DNA of 64,000 nucleotides from Candidatus Eiseniibacteriota bacterium (GTDB lineage Bacteria; Eisenbacteria; RBG-16-71-46): contig JBGAML010000008.1 of assembly GCA_044223005.1 (NCBI GenBank), forward strand, positions 15,956-79,955, given 5' to 3'. The notes beneath the pieces are model-generated. The model was not told where the DNA came from. It saw only the letters and a program-made list of their open reading frames with translations, and ran no database searches. How positions within the stretch are numbered: position 1 is the stretch's first letter; every line of letters starts with the position of its first letter. Both the position numbers and the translations under genes were made by a program. This document shows, one piece after another, positions 19,899 through 29,032 of this stretch.

Positions 19899-21952
19899 GC
19901 GCCCCGAACGTCGGTTCGCGCGAACTCGTCACGGGCTTCACCGACGTGATCCGCCCCGCGCTGGTCGCGCACGCGCCGGAGACGTCGCGCGTCGCGGCGC
20001 GCGAGGTCGCGCAGCTCCTGGCGCTGCCGGGACTCGAGGCGGCGCTCGCCGAGCTCGAGCGTCACCCGTCGGCGCCGCGCCCGGCCGAGGTCGAGCACCT
20101 CGCCGAACGCATCGCCCGCATCGCCCGCGACGCCGCCGAGTCCGGCGAAATCGCGCCGTTCCAGGTCGCGGACCGCGAGCTCGCCGCGATCGCGCTGCAG
20201 CTCGCCGGCACCGACTGGGGCACGCCGGTGCCCGCGGGCGTGCCCGGCGCGCCGACGCTCACCGTGGAGGACGCGTTCTCCGACCTCGTGCTCTCCGGTC
20301 CCGCGGAAGCGCGTGCCGCACGGCTCACCGTCACGGTCGCCAGCGCGGTGCGCGCGGCGGTCGACTGGCTCGGCGTGGACGAATCGCCGCGCGTGACGCT
20401 CGAGCTGCGTGACTCCGCGCTCGCGATCACGGTCGCGGTGACGCACGAGGGCGGCATCGGTCCTGCCGGCGCCGTGCTCGCGGCGGCCGAGGGCAGCCTC
20501 GGCCGCGAAGCGGACGGCCGCTGGACGATCCGGATCCCGGTGCGCACGGAGCGGCCTTCGTTCCTGCTGCTGCGCCAGGGCCGCTACGGTGTCGCGCTGC
20601 CGTGGCACTCGGTCGCGCGGCTGCGCATGTTCGCGCCGCACGAGATCGAGCGCCTGGAGGAGCCGCGCCTGGCGCCGCTCTCGGCGGGCACGCCGCTCGG
20701 CATCGAACTGCCCGCCGCGCTCGTCGCGATCGGGCTCGCGCGTGCGTGGTTCGTCGCCGACCGCATCGTCTGGCGCATCGCCGCCAGCCCGCGCGAGGCC
20801 GAGGTGCAGGGACCGTTCGCCGGCGCGACGCACGAAATCGTGGTCGAGACGGGCGAGCGGTACTGGGTGCTCGACCCGGCATGGCTGCTGCGCGGCGTGG
20901 CCGCGCCCGACGTCGCGCCGCCGACGCCGCGCCCGCGCCTTTCGGCCGCCGCGTACGAGAAGGTGGAAGCGACGCCGCCCGCCGTGATCGCGACCGCGCC
21001 CGCGCCGCTTTCGGCGCCCGCGCCCGCGCCGGCCGGCGAATCGCTCGCCGATGCGGTCGAACGTGCGCTCGAGTACCTGCGGCACGAACGCGGACACGAC
21101 CTCCCGCGCGTCGTGCATCCGTCGCCCGCCGCGGACGCGCCGGCCGCCGAGCCGGCCGTCGCGAACGAACCGCTGCCGCTGCCCGTGCCCGATCCCGCGC
21201 CGGAGCTCGCGCTGCCCGACATGATCGACGCCGCGCTCGAAGTGCTGTTGCCGGGGCTCGTGCCCGTCACCGAGCGGGAGCCCGAACCCGCGCCGCAGGT
21301 CGAGCCGGAAGCCGTCGTCGAGATGCCCGCGCCGGACGTCGTCGCGGCGCCCGAGCCCGAGGTCGTCGAGGCGCCGGCGCCCGAACTCGCCGTGGCACCC
21401 GCGACGCCGGTGGACGATCCGGTGGCGCCGGAACCGGTCGAGCGTGCGGAGGAACCCGCGCCCACGCCCACGGAGTGGGTCGTCGCGCCCGAGCCCGAAC
21501 TCGCTCCGCCGCCCGCGCCCGAAGTCGCGCCCGCGCCGCCCGCGCCGCGCGCCGCGCAGGCGTCCCCGGCCGCGCCGCGCGCGCCCGAGAAGCGCTCGGT
21601 ACGGCGCGCGCTCGTCGCGGACGATTCGCTCGTCGCGCGCATCTTCCTCGCGCGGCTGCTCGAGAAGGAAGGTTATCTCGTCGAGCAGGTCGAACTCGCC
21701 GCCGACCTGTGGGCCGAGCTCGATCGTGGCCCGTGGGCGCTCGTCTGCGCCGACTTCGCCCTGCCGGACGCGCAGGGCGCCGGACACGTCGGCCGCCTGC
21801 TGTACGCGTTGCAGCAGATCGATCCCGCGCCGCCGTGCATCGTGCTGACGCGCGACGCCAACGACGAGCGCGAAGCCCAGGGTGCCGGCGCGACGGCTCT
21901 CCTGCGCAAGCCGTTCGAAGCCTCGCGACTGCTCAAGCTCCTCCCGCGCTGA
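19895..21952 (+). CDS. Degenerate CheA-like protein with CheW-like region, Pro-rich linker and C-terminal receiver
   Basis: GTGA-coupled; EGGIG..AEGSL..GRWTIRIP..FLLLRQGRYGVALPWHSV resembles the CheA P4/P5 junction; REC with ADD..D..T..KPF. Confidence 0.7.
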   Translation: MSAPNVGSRELVTGFTDVIRPALVAHAPETSRVAAREVAQLLALPGLEAALAELERHPSAPRPAEVEHLAERIARIARDAAESGEIAPFQVADRELAAIALQLAGTDWGTPVPAGVPGAPTLTVEDAFSDLVLSGPAEARAARLTVTVASAVRAAVDWLGVDESPRVTLELRDSALAITVAVTHEGGIGPAGAVLAAAEGSLGREADGRWTIRIPVRTERPSFLLLRQGRYGVALPWHSVARLRMFAPHEIERLEEPRLAPLSAGTPLGIELPAALVAIGLARAWFVADRIVWRIAASPREAEVQGPFAGATHEIVVETGERYWVLDPAWLLRGVAAPDVAPPTPRPRLSAAAYEKVEATPPAVIATAPAPLSAPAPAPAGESLADAVERALEYLRHERGHDLPRVVHPSPAADAPAAEPAVANEPLPLPVPDPAPELALPDMIDAALEVLLPGLVPVTEREPEPAPQVEPEAVVEMPAPDVVAAPEPEVVEAPAPELAVAPATPVDDPVAPEPVERAEEPAPTPTEWVVAPEPELAPPPAPEVAPAPPAPRAAQASPAAPRAPEKRSVRRALVADDSLVARIFLARLLEKEGYLVEQVELAADLWAELDRGPWALVCADFALPDAQGAGHVGRLLYALQQIDPAPPCIVLTRDANDEREAQGAGATALLRKPFEASRLLKLLPR

Positions 21953-22031
21953 ACTCCATCGCTCCGACACCCGAGGACCCCAGGCCCCCGACATGATCCC
22001 GTATCTCTCGCAGTCGCCCGGTTCGCGCCAG

Positions 22032-23486
22032 ATGGCCGCGCCGCTCGTCCTGATCGCCGAGGACGACGCGCGCGTGCTCGAGCTGATGACGCTCGCCTTC
22101 GCCAACGAGCGGTTCCGCGTCGTCACGGCCGTGGACGGTGACGAGGCGATCCGCCGCGCGCTGGCCGAGCGACCGGACCTGGTCGTGCTCGACGTGCAGA
22201 TGCCGCGCAAGAACGGGTTCGAGGTGTGCGAGTGGCTGCGGCACGACGCGGAAGATCCGTCGGTGCCGATCGTGTTCGTGTCCGCTTCCGGCGAGACCGA
22301 GGTGCGCATCGAAGGGCTCTCGCGCGGCGCCGACGACTTCCTGTCCAAGCCGTTCTCGCCCCGCGAACTGGTCGCACGCTGCCGGCGGTTGCTCGCGCGC
22401 TCGGGCGCGGCGCGGGCCGAACGCCAGCGGGCGACGTCGCTCGAGCGCGAGGTGGATCGCGTGCAGGAAGAGGCGCGGCGCGCGCATCGCGACCTCCAGC
22501 AGGAGCGGCGCCTGCGCGAGCTCGCGCTCGCCGCGGGCCGCGAGCTGCACGCGACGCTCGACCCGGACGTGCTCGCCGAGCGCGTACTGGTCGCCGCGCA
22601 GTCGCTGCTGGGCGCGCGCACGGTGGCGCTGCTGGCGCCCGCCGGTGACACCACGTACACGCCGCGCGCCACGCGCGGCGAACGGCCGGACGCGTTCGCC
22701 GGCCTCTCGCTTCCGGCGGGAGGTGAGCTGGCCACGCTGCTCGGCGCGATCGGGCGCCCGCTCGCCGCGCACGAGCTGGAGCGCGGATCGAACGGCCGCC
22801 GCGCGGAATGCGGGCCGCTCGCGTGCGCCGGCGTCGCGCTGGTCGCGCCGCTGCGCGGGACGCAGGGACTCGAAGCGGTGCTGCTCGCCGACGATCGCGC
22901 GGACGGGACGTCGTGGGGCGCCGCGGATCGCGACGCCCTCGGGCTGCTCTGCGAGATGGCGGCGAACGCGGTGCGGAACGCGACACGGTTCCGCGAGTCG
23001 CAGGAGCGTTCGCTCGAACTGGCGGCCGAGCACGCGCACGCCACGCCGCGGGCACGCGCGGCGGCGGCCGAGGCGGGCCGGTTCGCGGAGCGCGCCGCCG
23101 AGGCGCTGGCACTGCCCGAACGCGAGCGCACGCTGCTGCGGCACGCGGTGGCGTTCGGCCCGTGGACGTGGGGCGAGCCGGGGCGCCTCGAACTCGCCGG
23201 GCTCGAGCAGCGCGATCCCACCGATCGCGTCCGCGAGCTGCGCGAGCTCTGCGATCGCGCCGAGTCGCTCGACGTCGACGCGGCCCCGACGCCCGCCGCG
23301 CGGCGCGCCGCACTCGTCGCCGGCGTCTGCGTGCGCTACCAGGTCGGCCGCGGTGGCGGCCGCAGCGTGCTCGAAAGCTGGCGCACGGCGCTCTCGTGGG
23401 TCGGACCGGCGCTCGATCCGCCGGTGGCCGCCGCGCTCGCCGGCTGCCTCGAGGACCGGAGGCCGGTGCACGCGCGGGCGGCGTAG
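22032..23486 (+). CDS. Response regulator: REC + coiled coil + GAF + degenerate HD-GYP-like domain
   Basis: LIAEDD..VLDVQMP..FVSA..KPF; GAF (LVAPL..LEAVLL); C-terminus resembles HD-GYP but lacks HD and GYP; alternative ATG at 21993. Confidence 0.8.
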   Translation: MAAPLVLIAEDDARVLELMTLAFANERFRVVTAVDGDEAIRRALAERPDLVVLDVQMPRKNGFEVCEWLRHDAEDPSVPIVFVSASGETEVRIEGLSRGADDFLSKPFSPRELVARCRRLLARSGAARAERQRATSLEREVDRVQEEARRAHRDLQQERRLRELALAAGRELHATLDPDVLAERVLVAAQSLLGARTVALLAPAGDTTYTPRATRGERPDAFAGLSLPAGGELATLLGAIGRPLAAHELERGSNGRRAECGPLACAGVALVAPLRGTQGLEAVLLADDRADGTSWGAADRDALGLLCEMAANAVRNATRFRESQERSLELAAEHAHATPRARAAAAEAGRFAERAAEALALPERERTLLRHAVAFGPWTWGEPGRLELAGLEQRDPTDRVRELRELCDRAESLDVDAAPTPAARRAALVAGVCVRYQVGRGGGRSVLESWRTALSWVGPALDPPVAAALAGCLEDRRPVHARAA

Positions 23487-23505
23487 GCGCGCGTCCGCGG
23501 AAACA

Positions 23506-23537
23506 CGACGGGGCCCGGCGTTCGCCGGGCCCCGTCG
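23506..23537 (-). terminator. Hairpin terminator between convergent operons
   Basis: CGACGGGGCCCGGCG-tt-CGCCGGGCCCCGTCG; TGTTT follows on the minus strand. Confidence 0.6.
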
Positions 23538-23559
23538 CGCGTGGTGGAGGAGCGATCGG

Positions 23560-24174
23560 TCAGGGCTTCGCGGGCGCCGGGGCGGTGCCGCCGGCGGGCG
23601 CGCGCAGGCCGCTGAAGTCGACCTTCGGCACCGCCTTCGCCGCCTCGGGGACGGGATAATTCGGCGCCGGCTCGAAGTGGAACGCCCCGGCGAAGAGGTT
23701 CATCGGGAAGCTCTGCACGAGGATGTTGTAGGTCTTCACCGTGTCGTTGTAGCGCATGCGCTCGGTCGCGAGACGGTTCTCCGTGCCCGAGAGCTCGTCC
23801 ATCAGCTGGCGGAACGCACCTTCGCTCTGCAGCTGCGGGTAGTTCTCGACCACGACGAGCAGCCGCCCGATCGCGTTGTCCATGCCCTGCGCCGCCGCGA
23901 TGCCTTCCTGCGGCGACTTCGCGCCGGCCATCGCCGCACGCGCGTTGGCGATCTCGCCGAACACCGCCTGCTCCTGCCCGGCGGCGCCCTTCACGCTCTC
24001 GACGAGGTTGCCGATCAGGTCGTTGCGGCGCTGCAGCTGGTTGTCCACCTGCGCCCACTTGTTGGAGACCTCGGCCTTGCCGGCCACGAGCTTGTTGTAG
24101 CTGCCCGCGACGCAGCCGCCGAGCCCCAGCAGGAGGACGACGACGATCACGAGTCCGATCACACCGGCTTTCAT
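23560..24174 (-). CDS. lemA: LemA family protein
   Basis: YNKLV..WAQVDNQLQRRNDLI, VVENYPQL, ELSGTENRL..ERMRYN, FP; AAGGAG SD. Confidence 0.95.
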   Translation of the reverse strand: MKAGVIGLVIVVVLLLGLGGCVAGSYNKLVAGKAEVSNKWAQVDNQLQRRNDLIGNLVESVKGAAGQEQAVFGEIANARAAMAGAKSPQEGIAAAQGMDNAIGRLLVVVENYPQLQSEGAFRQLMDELSGTENRLATERMRYNDTVKTYNILVQSFPMNLFAGAFHFEPAPNYPVPEAAKAVPKVDFSGLRAPAGGTAPAPAKP

Positions 24175-24223
24175 CTCGGGAATCTCCTTTTCGAAGGGGC
24201 CATGCCCCGGACACGGGGGCGAG

Positions 24224-25063
24224 CTACCAGCTCGCGCCGCCGCCACCTCCACCACTGCTGCCACCACCGAAACCGCCGAACGATCCGCCACCGCCACCGC
24301 CGCCACCGCCGAATCCGCCACCCCAGCCGCCGCCCATGCCGCCGCCGCCGATCCACGGGCCGTAGGCGCCCCAACCGCCACCGCCGCGACGGCCGCCTCG
24401 GCCGCCGCCACCGCGCGTGGCGTTCAAGACCACGATGATGAGGGCGAGAATGACCCATGCGGCGATGAACGCGAGCTCGAAGCGGCTCGGCCCCGAGCGC
24501 GGCGCGTCGTAGGTCAGCGCGTCACCCGTCCATTCGAGCGTGACGCCCTTCTCGTCCGCGATGCGTTTCGCCGTCGCGAGCACCGCGACGGTGATGCCGT
24601 CCGCTGTCCGGCCCGCGCGGATGCGCGGCACGAGAAGGTCGCGCAGCATGCGCGACTGCCAGCCGTCGGGCAGCGTGCCCTCGAGTCCGTAGCCGGTCTC
24701 GAAGACGACGCGGTGTTCCTCCATGGCGACGAGCAGCAGCAGGCCGTCGTCGCGGCCCTTCGCGCCGATGCCCCACGCCTTGAAGACGCGCACCTTGTAC
24801 TGGTCGGGGTCTTCGCCGTGAGTGCTCGGGACCGTGAGCACGGCGAACTGGACGCCCGTCTTCCGCTGCAGCTGGTCGAGGTAGCTCTCGAGCTGCGCCG
24901 AGCGCTGCGCCCCGATCACGGCGGCGGAATCGGTGACGTACCCGGCATACGCCGGGATGCCCGAGAGGTCCTCCTGCGCGCGGGCCGGGACCGCGAGCCA
25001 CAGTGCGAGCGCGCACGCGGCCACGAAACCCCACCGGCGCGCACTCGCGCGCCGAGCGTTCAT
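24224..25063 (-). CDS. TPM domain protein (YgcG-like) with Gly-rich tail
   Basis: Signal peptide; YVTDSA, WGIG..DDGLLLLVA, ETGYGLEGTLPD; tail GGFGGGSSGGGGGGASW. Confidence 0.92.
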   Translation of the reverse strand: MNARRASARRWGFVAACALALWLAVPARAQEDLSGIPAYAGYVTDSAAVIGAQRSAQLESYLDQLQRKTGVQFAVLTVPSTHGEDPDQYKVRVFKAWGIGAKGRDDGLLLLVAMEEHRVVFETGYGLEGTLPDGWQSRMLRDLLVPRIRAGRTADGITVAVLATAKRIADEKGVTLEWTGDALTYDAPRSGPSRFELAFIAAWVILALIIVVLNATRGGGGRGGRRGGGGWGAYGPWIGGGGMGGGWGGGFGGGGGGGGGSFGGFGGGSSGGGGGGASW

Positions 25064-25815
25064 GGAATGCGCAGTCCGTCGATCTTCCCGACCAGCTTCT
25101 CGATCTGGACGAGGAAGGATCGATAGTGCTCGCGCACGGCGGCCGCATCCTTGGACTTCGCGCTCCGGCGCACGTGATGCGCCTCGAGCAGCGCGCGCGC
25201 GTCGAGCTGGTACAGCTCCGCGACGCGCTCGATCGCGCGCTCGGAGCTGGCCGGCGGATCTTCGCCGCGCAGCCGCAGCAGCGTGCGGTAGAGCGCCTGG
25301 AAACCGCTCGTGATGCGCGTGAGCACCTCGGCGAGCCGCTCGGGGCGGCCGGCCGACGCGAGGTACTCGTGGCGCAGGCGCAGGTGCTTGCCGCGCAGTT
25401 CGTGCTCGCACTGCAGCCGCAGCCAGGTCCGCGGCACGTCGACGCCCGCGAACACGTCCTCACCCTCGAGCCGCAGGTGGCGCTCGAGCAGGTCGAGCCA
25501 CTCGATCGGGAACACGTCGAGCGACTTGAGCATCTGGTCGCGCGTCATGAAGAGCGGGTCGAAGTGCGGCGCCTTGCGCGTGACCGGGATCGCGGCGCCG
25601 AGCCGGTCGAGCACCTCCGGTTCGAGTGTGCGGGCGACCACGAGCACGTTGATGCGCGAGTGCGCCGGGTCGAAGCCCTGCATCAGCGCGCTGCCGGTCA
25701 GGTAGGCGGCGAGGAACTCCGGGCCCAGCGCGGTGCGCACGGGCTCGAGCCACTTGCGCGAGGCCGCCAGCAGCTCGGCGCTCGGTTCGACGCGAATGGA
25801 GGAGTGGGTGGACAT
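25060..25815 (-). CDS. Nucleotidyltransferase-fold protein associated with LemA/TPM
   Basis: YLTGSA..FDP..SRINVLVV, SLDVFPIEW, LRLQCEHELRGK. Confidence 0.75.
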   Translation of the reverse strand: MSTHSSIRVEPSAELLAASRKWLEPVRTALGPEFLAAYLTGSALMQGFDPAHSRINVLVVARTLEPEVLDRLGAAIPVTRKAPHFDPLFMTRDQMLKSLDVFPIEWLDLLERHLRLEGEDVFAGVDVPRTWLRLQCEHELRGKHLRLRHEYLASAGRPERLAEVLTRITSGFQALYRTLLRLRGEDPPASSERAIERVAELYQLDARALLEAHHVRRSAKSKDAAAVREHYRSFLVQIEKLVGKIDGLRIP

Positions 25816-25822
25816 GGACCCG

Positions 25823-25850
25823 ACGATAGGACTTCCGTCCTTCGGGTCAA
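25823..25850 (-). promoter_or_regulatory. sigma70 promoter, probably leaderless
   Basis: TTGACC-N16-TATCGT, 7 nt before ATG 25815. Confidence 0.6.
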
Positions 25851-26020
25851 GCGGATCGCCCGCGAGAAGGTTCACGCCCGCAATTACGCGGCGCGTGCGC
25901 GCGGGGTTGCGCGCCTCGCAACTCCATGTCGCCGCCCGCTCAACGCGCACGCGCCCGGATCGCGACGCGGTTCTCCGTGCGGTGCGCGCGTGTTACATCC
26001 GCGTTTTTCGGGGCCGGAAC

Positions 26021-26049
26021 TTGACCCCCCGGGAGTCGGCCCGTACCGT
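26021..26049 (+). promoter_or_regulatory. sigma70 promoter for the oxidoreductase operon
   Basis: TTGACC-N17-TACCGT. Confidence 0.55.
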
Positions 26050-26159
26050 CGCCCTTTCGCCGCACGCGTTCGCGCGCCGGAGGTGCGCCGCGCGGACGTG
26101 CACGGGCGCGCCCTCCATCGGCCACCGTCAGGAGCGGGCCGGAACCGGCCCGGACAGCC

Positions 26160-27956
26160 TTGGTCAACGATTTCAGCATCCACGTCGCCACCGTCAACGG
26201 ATCCGGCAGCCAGACCGCCAACAACGTGCTGCTGCGCGCGATCCTCCAGATGGGCATCCCGGTGAGCGGCAAGAACCTCTTTCCGTCCAACATCGCCGGC
26301 CTGCCGACCTGGTTCACGATCCGGGTCAGCGAGAAGGGCTACATCGCCCGCCGGGCGCGCAACGACGTGCTCGTGGTGATGAACCCCGAGACCGCGGCCG
26401 ACGACGTGGCCACGATGGGCCCCGGGTCGGTGATCGTCGTCAACGACGCGATCAAGATCCCCGACGTGCCCGCCGACCGCTTCGTGCACCGCGTGCCGAT
26501 GCAGAAGCTCATGGAGCCGATCACCACCGACGTGAAGCTGCGCCGGCTCGTGATCAACATGATCTACGTCGGCGTGGTCGGGCACCTGCTCGGGATCGAG
26601 GTCGCCGAGATCGAGCGCGCGCTCCAGGCGCAGCTCGGCAAGAAGCCCAAGGCGCTGGCGCTCAACCAGGCCGCGGTCACCGCGGGCGCCGAGTGGGCGA
26701 AGGCGAACCTCGAGAAGCGCGATCCGTTCCGCGTCGAGCGCCGCGACCTGACCGCGGGCAAGATCCTGATCGACGGCAACTCCGCGGGCGCGCTGGGCAC
26801 GATGTTCGGCGGCGTCACGGTGGTGAGCTGGTACCCGATCACGCCGTCCACGTCGCTGATCGAGTCGCTGGGCGGCTACCTCGAGCGCTTCCGCCGCGAT
26901 CCGCAGACGGGCAAGGCGACGTACGCGGTGATCCAGGCCGAGGACGAGATCGCCGCGATCGGCATGGTGCTGTCCGCGAACTGGGCCGGCGCGCGGGCGA
27001 TGACCGCGACTTCGGGTCCGGGCATCTCGCTCATGGCCGAGTTCTTCGGCTACGGCTACTACGCCGAGATCCCCGCGGTCGTCTGGGACGTGCAGCGCGT
27101 GGGTCCGAGCACCGGCCTGCCGACGCGCACGGCGCAGGGCGACCTGTCGTTCGCGTGGAACATCTCGCACGGCGACACCCAGTTCCCGGTGCTGTTGCCG
27201 GGTTCGGTGCGCGAGTGCTTCGAGTTCGGGTGGAAGGCATTCGACCTCGCCGAGCGGCTGCAGTGCCCGTTGTTCGTGCTGAGCGACCTCGATCTCGGCA
27301 TGAACAACTGGATGAGCGAGCCGTTCGAGTATCCCGACAAGCCCTGGGACCGCGGCAAGGTGCTGACCGACGCCGAGCTCGAGAAGATCGCGAAGTTCGA
27401 GCGCTACAAGGACGTCGACGGCGACGCGATTCCCTACCGCACGGTGCCGGGCACGAAGAACTGGAAGGGCACCTACTTCACGCGCGGTTCGGGGCACGAC
27501 GAGCAGGCGCGCTATACCGAGAATCCGCAGGCCTACGTCACGGTCCTCGACCGGCTGCGCCGCAAGATGGAGAACGCGCGCACGCTGGTGCCGGCTCCGG
27601 AGGTGCGCGAGGCGAAGGGCGCCTCGGTGGGCGTGATCGCCTACGGCTCGTCGCACTGGGCGATGCTCGAGGCGGTGGACGAGCTCGCCGCGCAGGACGT
27701 GCCCGTGTCGTACCTGCGGGTGCGCGCGCTGCCGCTCTCGCCCGACGTGCACGCGTTCGTGAAGAAGTACGACCGCGTCTACGTCATCGAGCAGAACCGC
27801 GACGGCCAGCTGGCCGACCGGATCCGCACCGAAGTTCCCGAGTGCGCGGACCGCGTCAAGTCCGTGCTGCACTACATCGGCCTGCCGCTCGATGCGCAGA
27901 CCGTGATCGACGGCGTGCTCGCGCAGGAGCGCGCGCCGCAGGGAGCCGCCCGATGA
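26160..27956 (+). CDS. korA: 2-oxoacid:ferredoxin oxidoreductase alpha subunit (gamma-alpha fused; substrate not determinable)
   Basis: NGSGSQ, WYPITP, QAEDE, TATSGPG, QRVGPSTGLPT, EQNRDGQ. Confidence 0.92.
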   Translation: MVNDFSIHVATVNGSGSQTANNVLLRAILQMGIPVSGKNLFPSNIAGLPTWFTIRVSEKGYIARRARNDVLVVMNPETAADDVATMGPGSVIVVNDAIKIPDVPADRFVHRVPMQKLMEPITTDVKLRRLVINMIYVGVVGHLLGIEVAEIERALQAQLGKKPKALALNQAAVTAGAEWAKANLEKRDPFRVERRDLTAGKILIDGNSAGALGTMFGGVTVVSWYPITPSTSLIESLGGYLERFRRDPQTGKATYAVIQAEDEIAAIGMVLSANWAGARAMTATSGPGISLMAEFFGYGYYAEIPAVVWDVQRVGPSTGLPTRTAQGDLSFAWNISHGDTQFPVLLPGSVRECFEFGWKAFDLAERLQCPLFVLSDLDLGMNNWMSEPFEYPDKPWDRGKVLTDAELEKIAKFERYKDVDGDAIPYRTVPGTKNWKGTYFTRGSGHDEQARYTENPQAYVTVLDRLRRKMENARTLVPAPEVREAKGASVGVIAYGSSHWAMLEAVDELAAQDVPVSYLRVRALPLSPDVHAFVKKYDRVYVIEQNRDGQLADRIRTEVPECADRVKSVLHYIGLPLDAQTVIDGVLAQERAPQGAAR

Positions 27957-29032
27957 GCGCCACGACGACGCCCCCCGCGGGCCAGCCCACCAACCGCGTC
28001 GGCCTGACGCGCGCGGACTACGACGGCAGCAAGACCACGCTCTGCCCGGGATGCGGGCACAACGCGATCACCGGCGGCATCATCCAGGCCGCGTGGGAAG
28101 CGGGCCTCGAGCCGCACCGCGTCGCGAAGCTCTCGGGCATCGGCTGCTCGAGCAAGACGCCGGCCTACTTCCTCGGCCACTCGCACGGCTTCAACGCCGT
28201 GCACGGCCGCATGCCCTGCATCGCCACGGGCGTGCACGCCGCCAACCGCGAGCTGACGCTGATCGGCGTCTCGGGTGACGGCGACACGGCCAGCATCGGC
28301 ATCGGCCAGTTCGTGCACCTCGTGCGCCGCAACGTGCCGGTGGTCTACATCGTCGAGAACAACGGCGTGTACGGACTCACGAAGGGCCAGTTCTCGGCCA
28401 CCGCCGACATCGGCAGCACGCGCAAGAGCGGCGAGGCCAACCGGCTCAATCCGATCGATCTCTGTGCGCTGGCGATGGAGCTGGGCTGCGGGTTCGTGGC
28501 GCGCTCGTTCTCGGGCGACCAGAAGCAGCTGCGCCCGCTGCTCAAGGCGGCGTTCGCGCACCGCGGCACCGCGGTGATCGACGTGATCAGCCCGTGCGTC
28601 ACGTTCGCCGACCACGAGGGCTCCACCAAGTCGTACGCGGCGGTGAAGGAGCACGACGCACCGCTGCACGACATCGAGTACGTGCCGTACTTCGAGGACA
28701 TCACGGTGGACTACGAACCCGGCACCACGCGCGACGTGTCGATGCCGGACGGCTCGCGCATCGTGCTCAAGAAGCTCGCGGCCGACTACGACCCGACCGA
28801 TTCCGACCTCGCGTGGCGCACGATCCGCGAATCGCGCGAGGAGAACCGGTTGATCACCGGCTTGCTCTACGTGAACCCGGGCACGCGGCCGTTCGACGTC
28901 GAGTTGAACGTCGTCGACACGCCGCTGGCGTCGCTGCCGCTCGAGACCGTACGGCCGTCGAAGGCCGTGCTGGACGAGCTCATGCGCGCCTACGCCGAAG
29001 GCACCGTGCCCGCGGCCGGCGGCGGCGGATGA
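27953..29032 (+). CDS. korB: 2-oxoacid:ferredoxin oxidoreductase beta subunit
   Basis: CPGCG, SGIGCS, HGR, GDGD, NNGVYGLTKGQ, SPCVTF. Confidence 0.92.
   Translation: MSATTTPPAGQPTNRVGLTRADYDGSKTTLCPGCGHNAITGGIIQAAWEAGLEPHRVAKLSGIGCSSKTPAYFLGHSHGFNAVHGRMPCIATGVHAANRELTLIGVSGDGDTASIGIGQFVHLVRRNVPVVYIVENNGVYGLTKGQFSATADIGSTRKSGEANRLNPIDLCALAMELGCGFVARSFSGDQKQLRPLLKAAFAHRGTAVIDVISPCVTFADHEGSTKSYAAVKEHDAPLHDIEYVPYFEDITVDYEPGTTRDVSMPDGSRIVLKKLAADYDPTDSDLAWRTIRESREENRLITGLLYVNPGTRPFDVELNVVDTPLASLPLETVRPSKAVLDELMRAYAEGTVPAAGGGG

Noticed and set aside
21100..21590. Repetitive GC-rich stretch as a DNA repeat/CRISPR
   Set aside because: Encodes an imperfect Pro/Glu/Ala linker; no constant repeat-spacer structure
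24224..24420. (CCG/CCA)n low-complexity tract
   Set aside because: Normal Gly-rich tail of TPM-domain proteins
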